A program made the translations under genes and the position numbers. From a virus, in IMG/VR virus record IMGVR_UViG_3300016476_000657, positions 6,583-70,582 of that record: a DNA stretch of 64,000 bases; one strand, written 5' to 3'. Shown piece after piece: positions 16,777-25,396 of this stretch (positions within the stretch are counted from its first letter, which is position 1; every line of letters starts with the position of its first letter). The notes under the pieces were generated by a model. The model was not told the origin of the DNA, did no database searches, and was given only the letters and a program-made list of their open reading frames with translations.

Positions 16777-16805
16777 ATAGATATACTGTAAAGAAAGATA
16801 CTGTT

Positions 16806-17015
16806 ATGCGTCCCGCTACTGCTATTATCAATTACTTTAGTCAAGCTGTTGTAGAAGCTGCTGCTGCTACATACTTTAAGCGTGAGGGCATTAATCCAGC
16901 AGCACTTAAAGCGTTAATAGCTATGAGTGAGGATGATCCTGAAGCTTTCTTTGATCTAGTCAGTGGCTATGTAGAGACTACCTATGCAACTACACAAGTT
17001 TACACTAAGCGATAG
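16806..17015 (+). CDS. Hypothetical protein
   Basis: ORF downstream of promoter. Confidence 0.5.
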   Translation: MRPATAIINYFSQAVVEAAAATYFKREGINPAALKALIAMSEDDPEAFFDLVSGYVETTYATTQVYTKR

Positions 17016-17226
17016 TCAGTTCACTAACTTTGAGCGTTGGTTCTTAACTCACTATAACTATAAGCTACGGGGCATTAATAACGACACTGTGAATCGCTTT
17101 CTAGGGCATCACTGGGGTGTGCGTATGCTAAACTGGCCCTCAAAAACGTTTGTTACTATGACACCCGCCAATGCTGGATTCTTTGTGTTAGCTATGAGCA
17201 CTAGGGTAGAACACAATGACAGTTAA
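16984..17226 (+). CDS. Hypothetical protein
   Basis: Overlapping ORF in operon. Confidence 0.5.
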   Translation: MQLHKFTLSDSQFTNFERWFLTHYNYKLRGINNDTVNRFLGHHWGVRMLNWPSKTFVTMTPANAGFFVLAMSTRVEHNDS

Positions 17227-17569
17227 TGCTTTTTTAATGAGTTGGGATTGCACGGGCGTAGAAGCTATTGTGCCTATTACTCAATATGAGGATTGGGATA
17301 CAGTTAATGCTTTTGAAATACTACAGGGCAATGCATCTAATAACTCTAACCCACTAAACAGTATCCTTAACAGCATACTACTGCGAGCACGTTTTAACAG
17401 TCAACGCTACTATGAAGTGTATGCCATTGACTGTGATGAGTCTTTCACGGAAGATGATTGGCGGAGTATGTGGGAATCCAATCCACAAGCTACTGCTAAC
17501 CTAGTACGTGCTCGTGGTGTTAAGCTATATGGTGAGGGTATGGGCAGTGTGCGGAGTGTTATCTTGTAA
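17216..17569 (+). CDS. Hypothetical phage protein
   Basis: FLMSWDCTGVEAIVPIT...LRARFNSQRYYEVY. Confidence 0.65.
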   Translation: MTVNAFLMSWDCTGVEAIVPITQYEDWDTVNAFEILQGNASNNSNPLNSILNSILLRARFNSQRYYEVYAIDCDESFTEDDWRSMWESNPQATANLVRARGVKLYGEGMGSVRSVIL

Positions 17570-17868
17570 TGCCTGTGTACAAGAACTTTACTCCTGAAGA
17601 AAACGAGTTCTGGGAAACCTATAAGGACTATAGCTATACGTACATGCGATTGGATCTAGCAAAGCTGTTAGATGTACCCTCTAAACGTGTAAGCGTTCCT
17701 CTGCTGCGAGAACTGTTTTATACTGCGGGCGTACAGCCCCATGAGTTTCTAATTAGAACTAACGCTCGCTATCCTGCTAGCTATAGTCATATGGATTGGC
17801 AGTTTGAAATACGCTTTGCAGGACCTGAGGTAGTTAGTTTGCTTAAACTAGCGGGACTTGTTGCCTAA
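17569..17868 (+). CDS. Hypothetical protein
   Basis: TAATG coupling. Confidence 0.55.
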   Translation: MPVYKNFTPEENEFWETYKDYSYTYMRLDLAKLLDVPSKRVSVPLLRELFYTAGVQPHEFLIRTNARYPASYSHMDWQFEIRFAGPEVVSLLKLAGLVA

Positions 17869-18023
17869 GCCTGTGGTAATGCTGTCTAGGAATGCGTTTT
17901 GCTTTGCTTGATCCTCTTTGGGATCGCGGAATAGGTATGCTAGTGCAAAGCCCCCGAGTATTAGTAACAGTGCAGTTTTTAATAGTATTGTTAACATATA
18001 TTAATATATATCATAATTATGGT

Positions 18024-18108
18024 GGGGTAGGTGGTTATTTTGTGCAGGTGGTTAAAAGTCGTGAGTGCGCGAAATACCGAAGCGCAGATTTTTGAGATTT
18101 TACTGTAG
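18024..18108 (+). repeat. Imperfect non-coding repeat, copy 2
   Basis: GGGGTAGGTGGTT ... TGCGCGAAATACCGAAGCGCA hairpin ... TTTTTGAGATTTTACTGTAG. Confidence 0.7.
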
Positions 18109-18117
18109 GGGTGGTTT

Positions 18118-18324
18118 TTGGTGATTGAAGTATATTTAGACGACGGCGACGGTGTAAACTTTAGTGCTGCGGATCTGTGGGCGCAGGAGTGTTGCGAGTC
18201 CTATCGTGGCGTAGTTATTACTGATATACATGATCTCGGCTGGGGTGCGGATGAGCTAGCTGTGTATAAGTTTGAATCTAGTGCGGATGCAGCGTTCTTT
18301 ACTATGACTTGGAAGGCTGTGTAG
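18118..18324 (+). CDS. Hypothetical protein
   Basis: 68-aa ORF ending in DAAFFTMTWK. Confidence 0.5.
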   Translation: MVIEVYLDDGDGVNFSAADLWAQECCESYRGVVITDIHDLGWGADELAVYKFESSADAAFFTMTWKAV

Positions 18325-18379
18325 GACTCGGGCGCGGGGCGGCTTCGCCGCTATATACGTTGTAATAGCGGCCTCGCCC

Positions 18380-18387
18380 TATAAATA
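18380..18387 (+). promoter_or_regulatory. T4-late-like promoter TATAAATA
   Basis: Exact T4 late consensus 5 nt before the ATG at 18393. Confidence 0.6.
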
Positions 18388-18392
18388 GTCAC

Positions 18393-19319
18393 ATGAAGTT
18401 CTACTCCAGTGACACTGACTACGATGAATATTTGCATGGTTTGCTGAATAACCATTTACCTGAACTGTATAATGTAGGGGTTGGGCCCGAATATCAAGAA
18501 CACACTGACTTAACACTGAGCAGTGCTGTAGCTGAAAGTGTTTGGCACAACAGTACTGTATTTGGCGTTACCACTCCTGATGCAGCGTATCCTGTGCGAG
18601 TTGAATGGACAGGTTGTGACAATGCTGAAACTTATCGTCGACATCTAGACAGTCCTGATCATCGCGAGCTGTTAGCACAGAATGGGTGGATTGATCGCGA
18701 AGTAGTATATGAAATCAACAGTGAAGGTTGGCGCAGTGCAAATTGTCGCGAGTACGACATAGCTGAACCCAGCTTGGTTGTGTTGGGCTGTAGTTTTACT
18801 TATGGCACTGGACTTAATCTAGAACAAACTTGGGGAGCCAAGCTGGCTCAACGTATGGGACTTACTTTGGTTAATCTTGGCATGCCCGGACACAGTTTAG
18901 ACCTTAGCACCGCTTGGCTGATGTTGAATCAACATCGTTTACAACAACCACGTGCTGTGATCATATGCGAAACACCTCCTGCTCGTATGAGTTGGTTAAC
19001 TACAGTTGCTCATGCGAGAACCGCAGTGTATACCTATCCACTGTTTACACTGGTAACAGAGCACAGCAGCCGGGAACCACAAGATATAGCTAGACATCAT
19101 TGGATAATTAATAATCTAAAACTCAACAGTGCGGTTTCTTATTTTAAAAATCGCAAGCTGGTTGAGTATTGGGCTAAGAGTAAAAACATACCCTTTGTGC
19201 ATTTCAATGCTCTTAGTGTAGGCTCTAACACTTATGCTCGTGACCTAGCACACTTTGGTGAGGATTGGCACGACACTGTTGCTCTTGGTGTAGAATCATA
19301 TCTATCAGAAAATACTTGA
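18393..19319 (+). CDS. SGNH/GDSL hydrolase-like protein
   Basis: LGCSFTYG (block I), VNLGMPGHS (block II), DLAHFG (DxxH). Confidence 0.65.
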   Translation: MKFYSSDTDYDEYLHGLLNNHLPELYNVGVGPEYQEHTDLTLSSAVAESVWHNSTVFGVTTPDAAYPVRVEWTGCDNAETYRRHLDSPDHRELLAQNGWIDREVVYEINSEGWRSANCREYDIAEPSLVVLGCSFTYGTGLNLEQTWGAKLAQRMGLTLVNLGMPGHSLDLSTAWLMLNQHRLQQPRAVIICETPPARMSWLTTVAHARTAVYTYPLFTLVTEHSSREPQDIARHHWIINNLKLNSAVSYFKNRKLVEYWAKSKNIPFVHFNALSVGSNTYARDLAHFGEDWHDTVALGVESYLSENT

Positions 19320-19344
19320 CATTGCCCTAATTCTAGCGTATACT
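19316..19344 (+). promoter_or_regulatory. Sigma70-type promoter
   Basis: TTGACA-17-TATACT; spacer holds TGCCCTAA. Confidence 0.7.
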
Positions 19345-19379
19345 TAACGTATGGTATTAGAATTCTAAATGGAACAAGT

Positions 19380-19580
19380 ATGGTACAGAAATTTTCCCTA
19401 GATCGTCGTGAGATTGAAGAAATACTGCGGCTCATGAACAAGTTTGATTGCAACCGCGTTAAGCTAGAGGAAAGCTCGGGCAGCGGCATTGGTACTACGC
19501 TCACAGGATACTTTCCAGTAATACACAACGATGAAGTAGGTGAACTGCAAATAGAGATCACCGGTGTGGAGAATTGGTAA
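19380..19580 (+). CDS. Hypothetical protein
   Basis: 66-aa ORF. Confidence 0.55.
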   Translation: MVQKFSLDRREIEEILRLMNKFDCNRVKLEESSGSGIGTTLTGYFPVIHNDEVGELQIEITGVENW

Positions 19581-19717
19581 TGTGGGAAGTTATACTAGCA
19601 ATCTTTTTATTCCCCGCGGCATTCCTGCTGTACTTGTTTTGGATCGCACCTGAGGGCTACGAAGACGAAACTGGATTCCATCTTGGAAAGAAAGACGACA
19701 ATGAACCTAGAACTTGA
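19580..19717 (+). CDS. Small membrane protein (45 aa)
   Basis: TAATG coupling; MWEVILAIFLFPAAFLLYLFWIAPEGYEDETGFHLG. Confidence 0.55.
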   Translation: MWEVILAIFLFPAAFLLYLFWIAPEGYEDETGFHLGKKDDNEPRT

Positions 19718-20030
19718 ACGCTATGAAGGCGAGCTACGTACCTTGCGTGAGCAAGTGCAGGTATATGAGCAACTGCTACATAAGATTCATCTTAACGCAG
19801 AAGTTGTAATGGATCATGAAGTTGTTGGCGATCTAATTACTAATATCTGTCGCTGGAGTTATGCACATCGTCGTGGTAACGGCGAGAACAGTGAGCAGGA
19901 ACAGGATGAGATTGTTCGTGCAGCATTTGATAAGCTGCTGGATACTCGCGAGCCTTGGCGTGTTCGCAATCGTAAAGCAAAGGAAAGTAATGAGAAAGAT
20001 TCTACTAACAACACTGCTAGCACTGTGTAG
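19701..20030 (+). CDS. Hypothetical protein
   Basis: Coiled-coil N-terminus, WSYAHRRGNGE motif. Confidence 0.6.
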   Translation: MNLELERYEGELRTLREQVQVYEQLLHKIHLNAEVVMDHEVVGDLITNICRWSYAHRRGNGENSEQEQDEIVRAAFDKLLDTREPWRVRNRKAKESNEKDSTNNTASTV

Positions 20031-20634
20031 TGCGCCGGCGCTAGCAGGCACAACCAAAGTTAACCTAGGTGCTAATATCATTGACGGCAAGGATATTACA
20101 TCTAACATTAACATTGAACACATTCATGAGAGCGGCCGATGGCGTCAAGAGTATGAAGCTGAGCACGACTATCAGAATGTGACCAATAAGGTTGGCAAGA
20201 ACGACTTCTACGGTCTAGCGAAGGTTAACTATTCGCTAGATAAGAAGAATTATGTTCTCGGCGTTGTTAAGTATGAATACGATCATTTTCTAGCTAACCA
20301 ACACAATGCTGTGGCCGCAGTAGGTTATGGCCACAAGATATTGCGTACTGATGTACTCAAGGTCAGCAACGAAGTATCTGGAGGTGTAATGCGTACAGAT
20401 ACTGATACTAAACCTGTATTGCGTAACAGTCTTTGGATTCGTTACGATGACAAGAAGTATGTGTTTATTAACAAGATGCTGCTTGAGTACACAGACTTCA
20501 TGTATGTACGCAATCAAACAGAGTTGGGATACAAAGTAACCAATCGTGTTACAGTGGGCATTAGAAATGTTTATACTCGTAACATACAACGTAATTCAAA
20601 CGTAACACTTATTAACCTCGGACTAACACTTTAA
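19990..20634 (+). CDS. Outer-membrane beta-barrel protein (DUF481/YdiY-like)
   Basis: Signal peptide MRKILLTTLLALCSAPALA; alternating beta-strand pattern, YEYDHF...AVGYGHKI, TELGYKV...VGIRNVY...INLGLTL. Confidence 0.65.
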   Translation: MRKILLTTLLALCSAPALAGTTKVNLGANIIDGKDITSNINIEHIHESGRWRQEYEAEHDYQNVTNKVGKNDFYGLAKVNYSLDKKNYVLGVVKYEYDHFLANQHNAVAAVGYGHKILRTDVLKVSNEVSGGVMRTDTDTKPVLRNSLWIRYDDKKYVFINKMLLEYTDFMYVRNQTELGYKVTNRVTVGIRNVYTRNIQRNSNVTLINLGLTL

Positions 20635-20636
20635 AT

Positions 20637-21086
20637 ATGAACGCTCCAGACGAAACATATTGGCAGACTAAGGAACGCATTGGTAATGCGTCTAATCGTT
20701 ATCAAGGCAAGTACAAGCGTGTATTAGCAGTGTGCAGTGGCGGACTACTTCGCAGTCCTACTATTGCTCATACTCTAGCTGCTGAACCCTACAACTATAA
20801 TACTCGCAGTGTAGGGATTAACGTTGACTATGCACTGAACATCATTGACCAAGTGTTACTTGAGTGGGCAGATGAAATCGTTTGTGCAGACAGCGAGCAT
20901 GAAGTTGAAATCCGTAACATGCTTATGGACATTGGTATTACAACTAAGAAGATCGTATGTTTAAAGTTGCCCGATGTATATCCATATCGTGACCGTAAAC
21001 TTGTGCATTTGATCAAGAAGCGTTATAATCAATACCTAGAAGGTCAAACAGTAACTGAAGAGGATAATGATTATGACGAACAATAA
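20637..21086 (+). CDS. Low-molecular-weight protein tyrosine phosphatase-like
   Basis: CX5R loop VCSGGLLRSPT; LLEWADEIV; LPDVY. Confidence 0.8.
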   Translation: MNAPDETYWQTKERIGNASNRYQGKYKRVLAVCSGGLLRSPTIAHTLAAEPYNYNTRSVGINVDYALNIIDQVLLEWADEIVCADSEHEVEIRNMLMDIGITTKKIVCLKLPDVYPYRDRKLVHLIKKRYNQYLEGQTVTEEDNDYDEQ

Positions 21087-21303
21087 GATTCGAGAACTGA
21101 TTCAACGAGTAGGTACAGATACCAGCGGTAAGTGGATTAGCATCGACAATGCAGAAGAACTTGTTAAGCTAGTCGTAGCCGAATGTTATATCGCTATTGA
21201 AAATACGAATACCAATCATGTGTATACAACATTCGACGAAGGCCTAGTTAAGCAAACCATTCGCAACAGCAAAGATGCAGTACAGCAACACTTTGGAGTT
21301 TGA
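21073..21303 (+). CDS. Hypothetical phage protein
   Basis: Paralog of 22368 and 22583 (KIREL...LVVAEC...QHFGV). Confidence 0.55.
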   Translation: MTNNKIRELIQRVGTDTSGKWISIDNAEELVKLVVAECYIAIENTNTNHVYTTFDEGLVKQTIRNSKDAVQQHFGV

Positions 21304-21307
21304 TAAC

Positions 21308-21568
21308 ATGAGCGGCTATTCAGATCTAATCAGCGATGGCGGTATGGATCCACGTGAACGAGAATTAATTGGTTACTGTGAACGAGAGGAAGGATTTTAT
21401 CCTATCTACAAAGCGCCGCGAGGTAGTATTGTTACACAGGCATTTATTCTCTGCAAATATTGTCGAGGAGCAATTGACAGTGTAGGCGGACCAAAGATTG
21501 ACAGTGTATGCATTCCGTGCTACAATAGTGTTGAACGTAGAGAGATGTATCATGACAATAGCCAGTGA
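21308..21568 (+). CDS. Hypothetical Cys-containing protein
   Basis: CKYC...CIPC possible zinc ligands. Confidence 0.5.
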   Translation: MSGYSDLISDGGMDPRERELIGYCEREEGFYPIYKAPRGSIVTQAFILCKYCRGAIDSVGGPKIDSVCIPCYNSVERREMYHDNSQ

Positions 21569-21806
21569 ACGAACTCGAGCAGTTAATTACACATACGACT
21601 TCTTGTGTGACTTGCTGGATCCTTCTAAGACACCACGTGTGCCTAAGGAAGTGAGACAGCGAGCAAGCAGGTTACTTAAACACTATCCTAGTCGATGGGA
21701 TATGGAAATGGCAGTGCAGGAAGGCAGCAGCCGATTTGGTGATGAGAAGAATCCGTTTGGAACAAAGAGCTTAGAAGATATGCTAAGAGGACAAGGACAT
21801 GCGTAA
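21552..21806 (+). CDS. BPSL0761-like protein
   Basis: MT..SERTRAV...FLCDL...PKEVRQRASRLLKHYP. Confidence 0.55.
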   Translation: MTIASERTRAVNYTYDFLCDLLDPSKTPRVPKEVRQRASRLLKHYPSRWDMEMAVQEGSSRFGDEKNPFGTKSLEDMLRGQGHA

Positions 21807-22371
21807 AGAATTAGATGAGCAACTGTGTGCCAAGTATCCTAAGATCTTTAGGGATCGTCATGCACCACCAAACCGTACCTGCATGTATTGGGGGTTCGAT
21901 CATGGCGATGGATGGTATAACATCATTGATATGATGTGTTCTAATATTCAAAGTCATATCAATCATACTCGCCGTCAACGACATGATGCATTGGTTTGGA
22001 ATCGTGCGCTGAGTCGTGCTATCCGTGGAGACTTCAGCACTTACAATCGTCTAAAGAGCTGGCAGCAGAAATGGATTGATGAAGCACTGGCTGATCCGGA
22101 GCCACAGCTAAAGATTGTGCCGGAGGCCTGCCCTCAAGTAGTAGCAGTACAAGTCAAGGAAAAGTTTGGCACATTGCGCTTCTACTACAATGGCGGCGAC
22201 GATGAAGTACGCGGTATTGAGCGTATGGCTGAAAGCATGACCGCAGTAACCTGTGAGACTTGTGGCTCGCCTGGCGTTGCTCGCAGTGGTGGTTGGATTC
22301 AAACTCTGTGTGATACACATGCAGCGGAAGTAGGCAAAACTGAAATTATGGAATGGAAGACAATGCCATGA
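21799..22371 (+). CDS. Conserved hypothetical phage protein
   Basis: GDGWYNII...QVKEKFGTLRFYY...CETCG...TLCDTH. Confidence 0.7.
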   Translation: MRKELDEQLCAKYPKIFRDRHAPPNRTCMYWGFDHGDGWYNIIDMMCSNIQSHINHTRRQRHDALVWNRALSRAIRGDFSTYNRLKSWQQKWIDEALADPEPQLKIVPEACPQVVAVQVKEKFGTLRFYYNGGDDEVRGIERMAESMTAVTCETCGSPGVARSGGWIQTLCDTHAAEVGKTEIMEWKTMP

Positions 22372-22586
22372 ACGAACGAATTAAAGAACTTTGGTCTCAG
22401 AGCAAGACTTCCGGAACTCATCCTGAGTTTGGCGAGTATGACAAGTATTCGATCGAAACATTTGCTGAGTTGATTGTGCAGGAATGTGTACGATATTTCA
22501 ATGAAGACTATCAACGAGATTTTGATACACCATGGCGAGAAGATCTGTCTAAAGGTATTAAAGAACATTTTGGAGTTAACACATGA
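22368..22586 (+). CDS. Hypothetical phage protein
   Basis: MNERIKEL...FAELIVQEC...IKEHFGV. Confidence 0.6.
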   Translation: MNERIKELWSQSKTSGTHPEFGEYDKYSIETFAELIVQECVRYFNEDYQRDFDTPWREDLSKGIKEHFGVNT

Positions 22587-22960
22587 ACGAGAATGTAAAG
22601 AACCTGGCTAAGCGAGCTGGATTTGTATTGTGGGGCAACGAAGATTGGAACCCCGGTGATGTTATTGATTGGGCTAGTCGTTATGACGAACAGTTTATTA
22701 AGTATACTCAACTGTTAGTACACGAAGTGCTTGCACTACAAGCCGCCGGAACTGATGTACTAACTTACTTTGGCATCACTGAAACAGATGGTAAGGAATC
22801 TATCGACGTTGACTTTAGTGATGAGGAACTGCTACTGTATATGCGGTTAGCACACGAAAAGGATATTACGTTTAACAAGTTCATTGAACTTGCACTACGT
22901 AAAGTTATTGATGAGGAAAATCTAAAGGATGACGATTTTGAAAGCTCAGAAGGCTGCTAA
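22583..22960 (+). CDS. Hypothetical phage protein
   Basis: Paralogous N-terminus plus ribbon-helix-helix-like C-terminus (AHEKDITFNKFIELALR). Confidence 0.6.
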   Translation: MNENVKNLAKRAGFVLWGNEDWNPGDVIDWASRYDEQFIKYTQLLVHEVLALQAAGTDVLTYFGITETDGKESIDVDFSDEELLLYMRLAHEKDITFNKFIELALRKVIDEENLKDDDFESSEGC

Positions 22961-23279
22961 AGGTATTATGCTCCAGGGTGAGTGGAAGGATGCTAAATCA
23001 TTCCACGTGCCTTGCGAGTGTACTGACCCTGATCATGGGGTAGACATGTGGATTGAAGTTGACCACGAGCAGGATATCGATGCTGTTAATGTAACCTTCT
23101 ATGTAAAGACTACAAACGAGTTTTGGCGTGAAGGTTATAGCAGGATTCGCGCAGCATGGGATATTCTCACCAAAGGAGTGCATACTCAATCCAACACATT
23201 GATTTTGGATAAGCAGTCTGCACTTAATATGGCTGAAGCAATCAAACGTACAGTAAAAGACTTGACAGTATCCAAATAA
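22929..23279 (+). CDS. Hypothetical protein
   Basis: 116-aa ORF with CECTDPDH. Confidence 0.6.
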   Translation: MTILKAQKAAKGIMLQGEWKDAKSFHVPCECTDPDHGVDMWIEVDHEQDIDAVNVTFYVKTTNEFWREGYSRIRAAWDILTKGVHTQSNTLILDKQSALNMAEAIKRTVKDLTVSK

Positions 23280-23290
23280 CTTGCTATAAT
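23262..23290 (+). promoter_or_regulatory. Sigma70 consensus promoter
   Basis: TTGACA-17-TATAAT. Confidence 0.8.
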
Positions 23291-23296
23291 AGTAGC

Positions 23297-23785
23297 ATGA
23301 CTAGTAATAATGGAAATCACGTGAAGAAGATCTTTTACGAGAAGGTTGGTCGCCGTTACGTTCCTGTAGCGGAGTATGACAGTGACTACCTCGATAGTTT
23401 TCCAAAAGGCAATCATCTAGTGATGTGCTATCCAGGTGGAACAACTCGTCGCTTTAACATTGAGCCTAACTATGCTGCAATGATTGCTGCTGGTCGCATC
23501 GCTGAAGATGCTATGTGTAAGGCAATGAGTAAAGCTAGCGAACTACGTCCTGCTAAGGCACCCATTACTCCGGAACAAAAAGCTGCATGGGAAAATCTTG
23601 CAGCGGCGTTCGGCGAAGAGTTAAGTACGCTGTATGGATCAAGCACTGCCGACATTGCACAAGCCGGTGTTAAAGCTATGATAGAAGAAGCAGACAAGCT
23701 GATGCAGAATCCAAATGTGCGTGAAGCGTTTGAACACTTTGTTGTAGTGTGCAAACTTACCAAGGAACAAACAAATGAAAGTTAA
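23297..23785 (+). CDS. Conserved hypothetical phage protein
   Basis: YEKVGRRYVPVAEYD...GNHLVMCYPGG. Confidence 0.65.
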   Translation: MTSNNGNHVKKIFYEKVGRRYVPVAEYDSDYLDSFPKGNHLVMCYPGGTTRRFNIEPNYAAMIAAGRIAEDAMCKAMSKASELRPAKAPITPEQKAAWENLAAAFGEELSTLYGSSTADIAQAGVKAMIEEADKLMQNPNVREAFEHFVVVCKLTKEQTNES

Positions 23786-24521
23786 TATTGGCCCATATAC
23801 AAATTGGTTCGGACCATACCAGTTGGCAGAAAAACTCTGCTTCTGGGCTAAGCCAGTAAAGGATGAGTGGGGCATTGAAAGCAAGCCTGACTGGGTACAC
23901 AGTTTTGGTGAGTGGCTTGCCCACGGCAGTGTGCAACCAGACCCTACTCCAGATAATCCTGTTAGCCGCTGGGATGAAGATCGACCTAATACTTGGCTGT
24001 ATAATTTTCTACTTTGGATTGACAGCAAGAAGAAGCGTAAGGTACAAGTACGTATCGACAAGTGGGACACATGGAGTATGGATCATACTCTAGCATATAT
24101 TGTGCTGCCTATGCTTGAGCAACTGCAAAAGACCAAGCACGGCGCACCTTTTGTAGATGACAAGGATGTTCCTAAGCATCTACGTAGCACTAGCGCACCT
24201 CCACTCAGCCAAGAGGATATTGATTGTGGTGCAGTGGATGACCTGCACTTCAAACGTTGGGAGTGGGCTCTAGATGAAATGATCTTTGCATTCCGTAGTA
24301 AGATAGATGACAACTGGGAAAATCAATTCTTCACAGGCGAGTCAGAGTGGATCAGTACTGCTACTGAGTTTTACGAAAACGGAAAGCCTAAGTTGTTTCA
24401 AATGTCTAAAGGTCCTAACGATACTAGCAAGGTTGATATGAAGGGACTTAAGGCTTACCAAAAGCGTATCAGCAACGGCTTTAGGTTGTTTGGGAAGTAC
24501 TACGAGAATCTTTGGGATTAA
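23775..24521 (+). CDS. Conserved hypothetical myovirus protein
   Basis: IDKWDTWSMDHTLA...KHGAP...LDEMIFAF...NGFRLFGKYYENLWD. Confidence 0.7.
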   Translation: MKVNIGPYTNWFGPYQLAEKLCFWAKPVKDEWGIESKPDWVHSFGEWLAHGSVQPDPTPDNPVSRWDEDRPNTWLYNFLLWIDSKKKRKVQVRIDKWDTWSMDHTLAYIVLPMLEQLQKTKHGAPFVDDKDVPKHLRSTSAPPLSQEDIDCGAVDDLHFKRWEWALDEMIFAFRSKIDDNWENQFFTGESEWISTATEFYENGKPKLFQMSKGPNDTSKVDMKGLKAYQKRISNGFRLFGKYYENLWD

Positions 24522-24538
24522 TTTAAAAGGAGATGTAA

Positions 24539-24766
24539 ATGGCAACAGCAAGTGTGTTAACATCAAAAGTTCGACCAGAAGTTGAGTTTGATCCTTCTAA
24601 CTCTGAGCATCGCCGCTTATACGGTTTATTCTTAAAGAATCGTAGCTGGCGCCATTCTCCGATTCGTTTTATTACTCGTCCAAGTTACGGCATTGACAAA
24701 GGTGTTATTGATCGTAAGCTGCTCGAGTACTATACTAACAATGAATTTCCTAGCATCCAGGAATAG
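24539..24766 (+). CDS. Hypothetical protein
   Basis: GGAG RBS; FDPSNSEHRR motif. Confidence 0.6.
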   Translation: MATASVLTSKVRPEVEFDPSNSEHRRLYGLFLKNRSWRHSPIRFITRPSYGIDKGVIDRKLLEYYTNNEFPSIQE

Positions 24767-24813
24767 TAGTTGTGTACGATATCTGCTTGTAAATAGAAGC
24801 AATAGGATAACAT

Positions 24814-25035
24814 ATGGCTGTTAAGAGTACAACACAAATGACCAAAGGTGAACTTATTTCTCTCTTGCGGGAGAAAGATAAGATCATTGCTGACCTTAAC
24901 GCCAGGATCGATGACCTAGAAAGTTTGGCTATTACAAGTCAAGCTATTCCTCTAGATGCTGACAGTAGTCGTTTGCTCACACTAATGAATCAACGAATCA
25001 AAGCATTAGAAGAACAAATAAATGCAAAAAAATAA
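24814..25035 (+). CDS. Hypothetical coiled-coil protein
   Basis: AGGA RBS; TGTAAATA late-like box at 24788. Confidence 0.55.
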   Translation: MAVKSTTQMTKGELISLLREKDKIIADLNARIDDLESLAITSQAIPLDADSSRLLTLMNQRIKALEEQINAKK

Positions 25036-25396
25036 AGTTTTTGTTTACGGTACACTAAAAAAGGATAACAGCACTAGAGGTCTTAACCTTTGGAGCGATG
25101 CTACCTACGTAGGTGATGCTGTAACACACGATCAATTTAATTTGTGGGACATGGGTTCCTTCCCGGCAGTTACACTAAAAGGTAATGCTAGTATTAGTGG
25201 AGAAGTGTGGGAAGTAAGCGACGAGGTATTTGAGAGCCTCGATCGTATCGAAGGCTACCCAGAGTTTTACGAGCGAACAGAAATTGAAACTGCATACGGT
25301 AAAGCATGGATGTATTACATTCCAGATATTGAACCTTATTACCGGGCAGAGCTAATCGAACCATTTAACAACACAGCATCATGGAGAGCACAATGA
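25022..25396 (+). CDS. Gamma-glutamylcyclotransferase (AIG2-like)
   Basis: VFVYGTLK, ISGEVWEV, LDRIEGYPEFYER. Confidence 0.85.
   Translation: MQKNKVFVYGTLKKDNSTRGLNLWSDATYVGDAVTHDQFNLWDMGSFPAVTLKGNASISGEVWEVSDEVFESLDRIEGYPEFYERTEIETAYGKAWMYYIPDIEPYYRAELIEPFNNTASWRAQ

Noticed and set aside
17892-18095. 67-aa ORF
   Set aside because: Runs through AT-rich low-complexity DNA and repeat copy 2 with atypical composition; probably non-coding
16631-18116. Possible CRISPR array or mini-array
   Set aside because: Only two diverged copies 1.4 kb apart with genes between them; no regular repeat-spacer period and no cas genes
13425-18392. tRNA or other known RNA genes in the non-coding gaps
   Set aside because: No cloverleaf or T-loop GTTCRA context with acceptor stem seen by eye; tRNAscan/Infernal would be decisive
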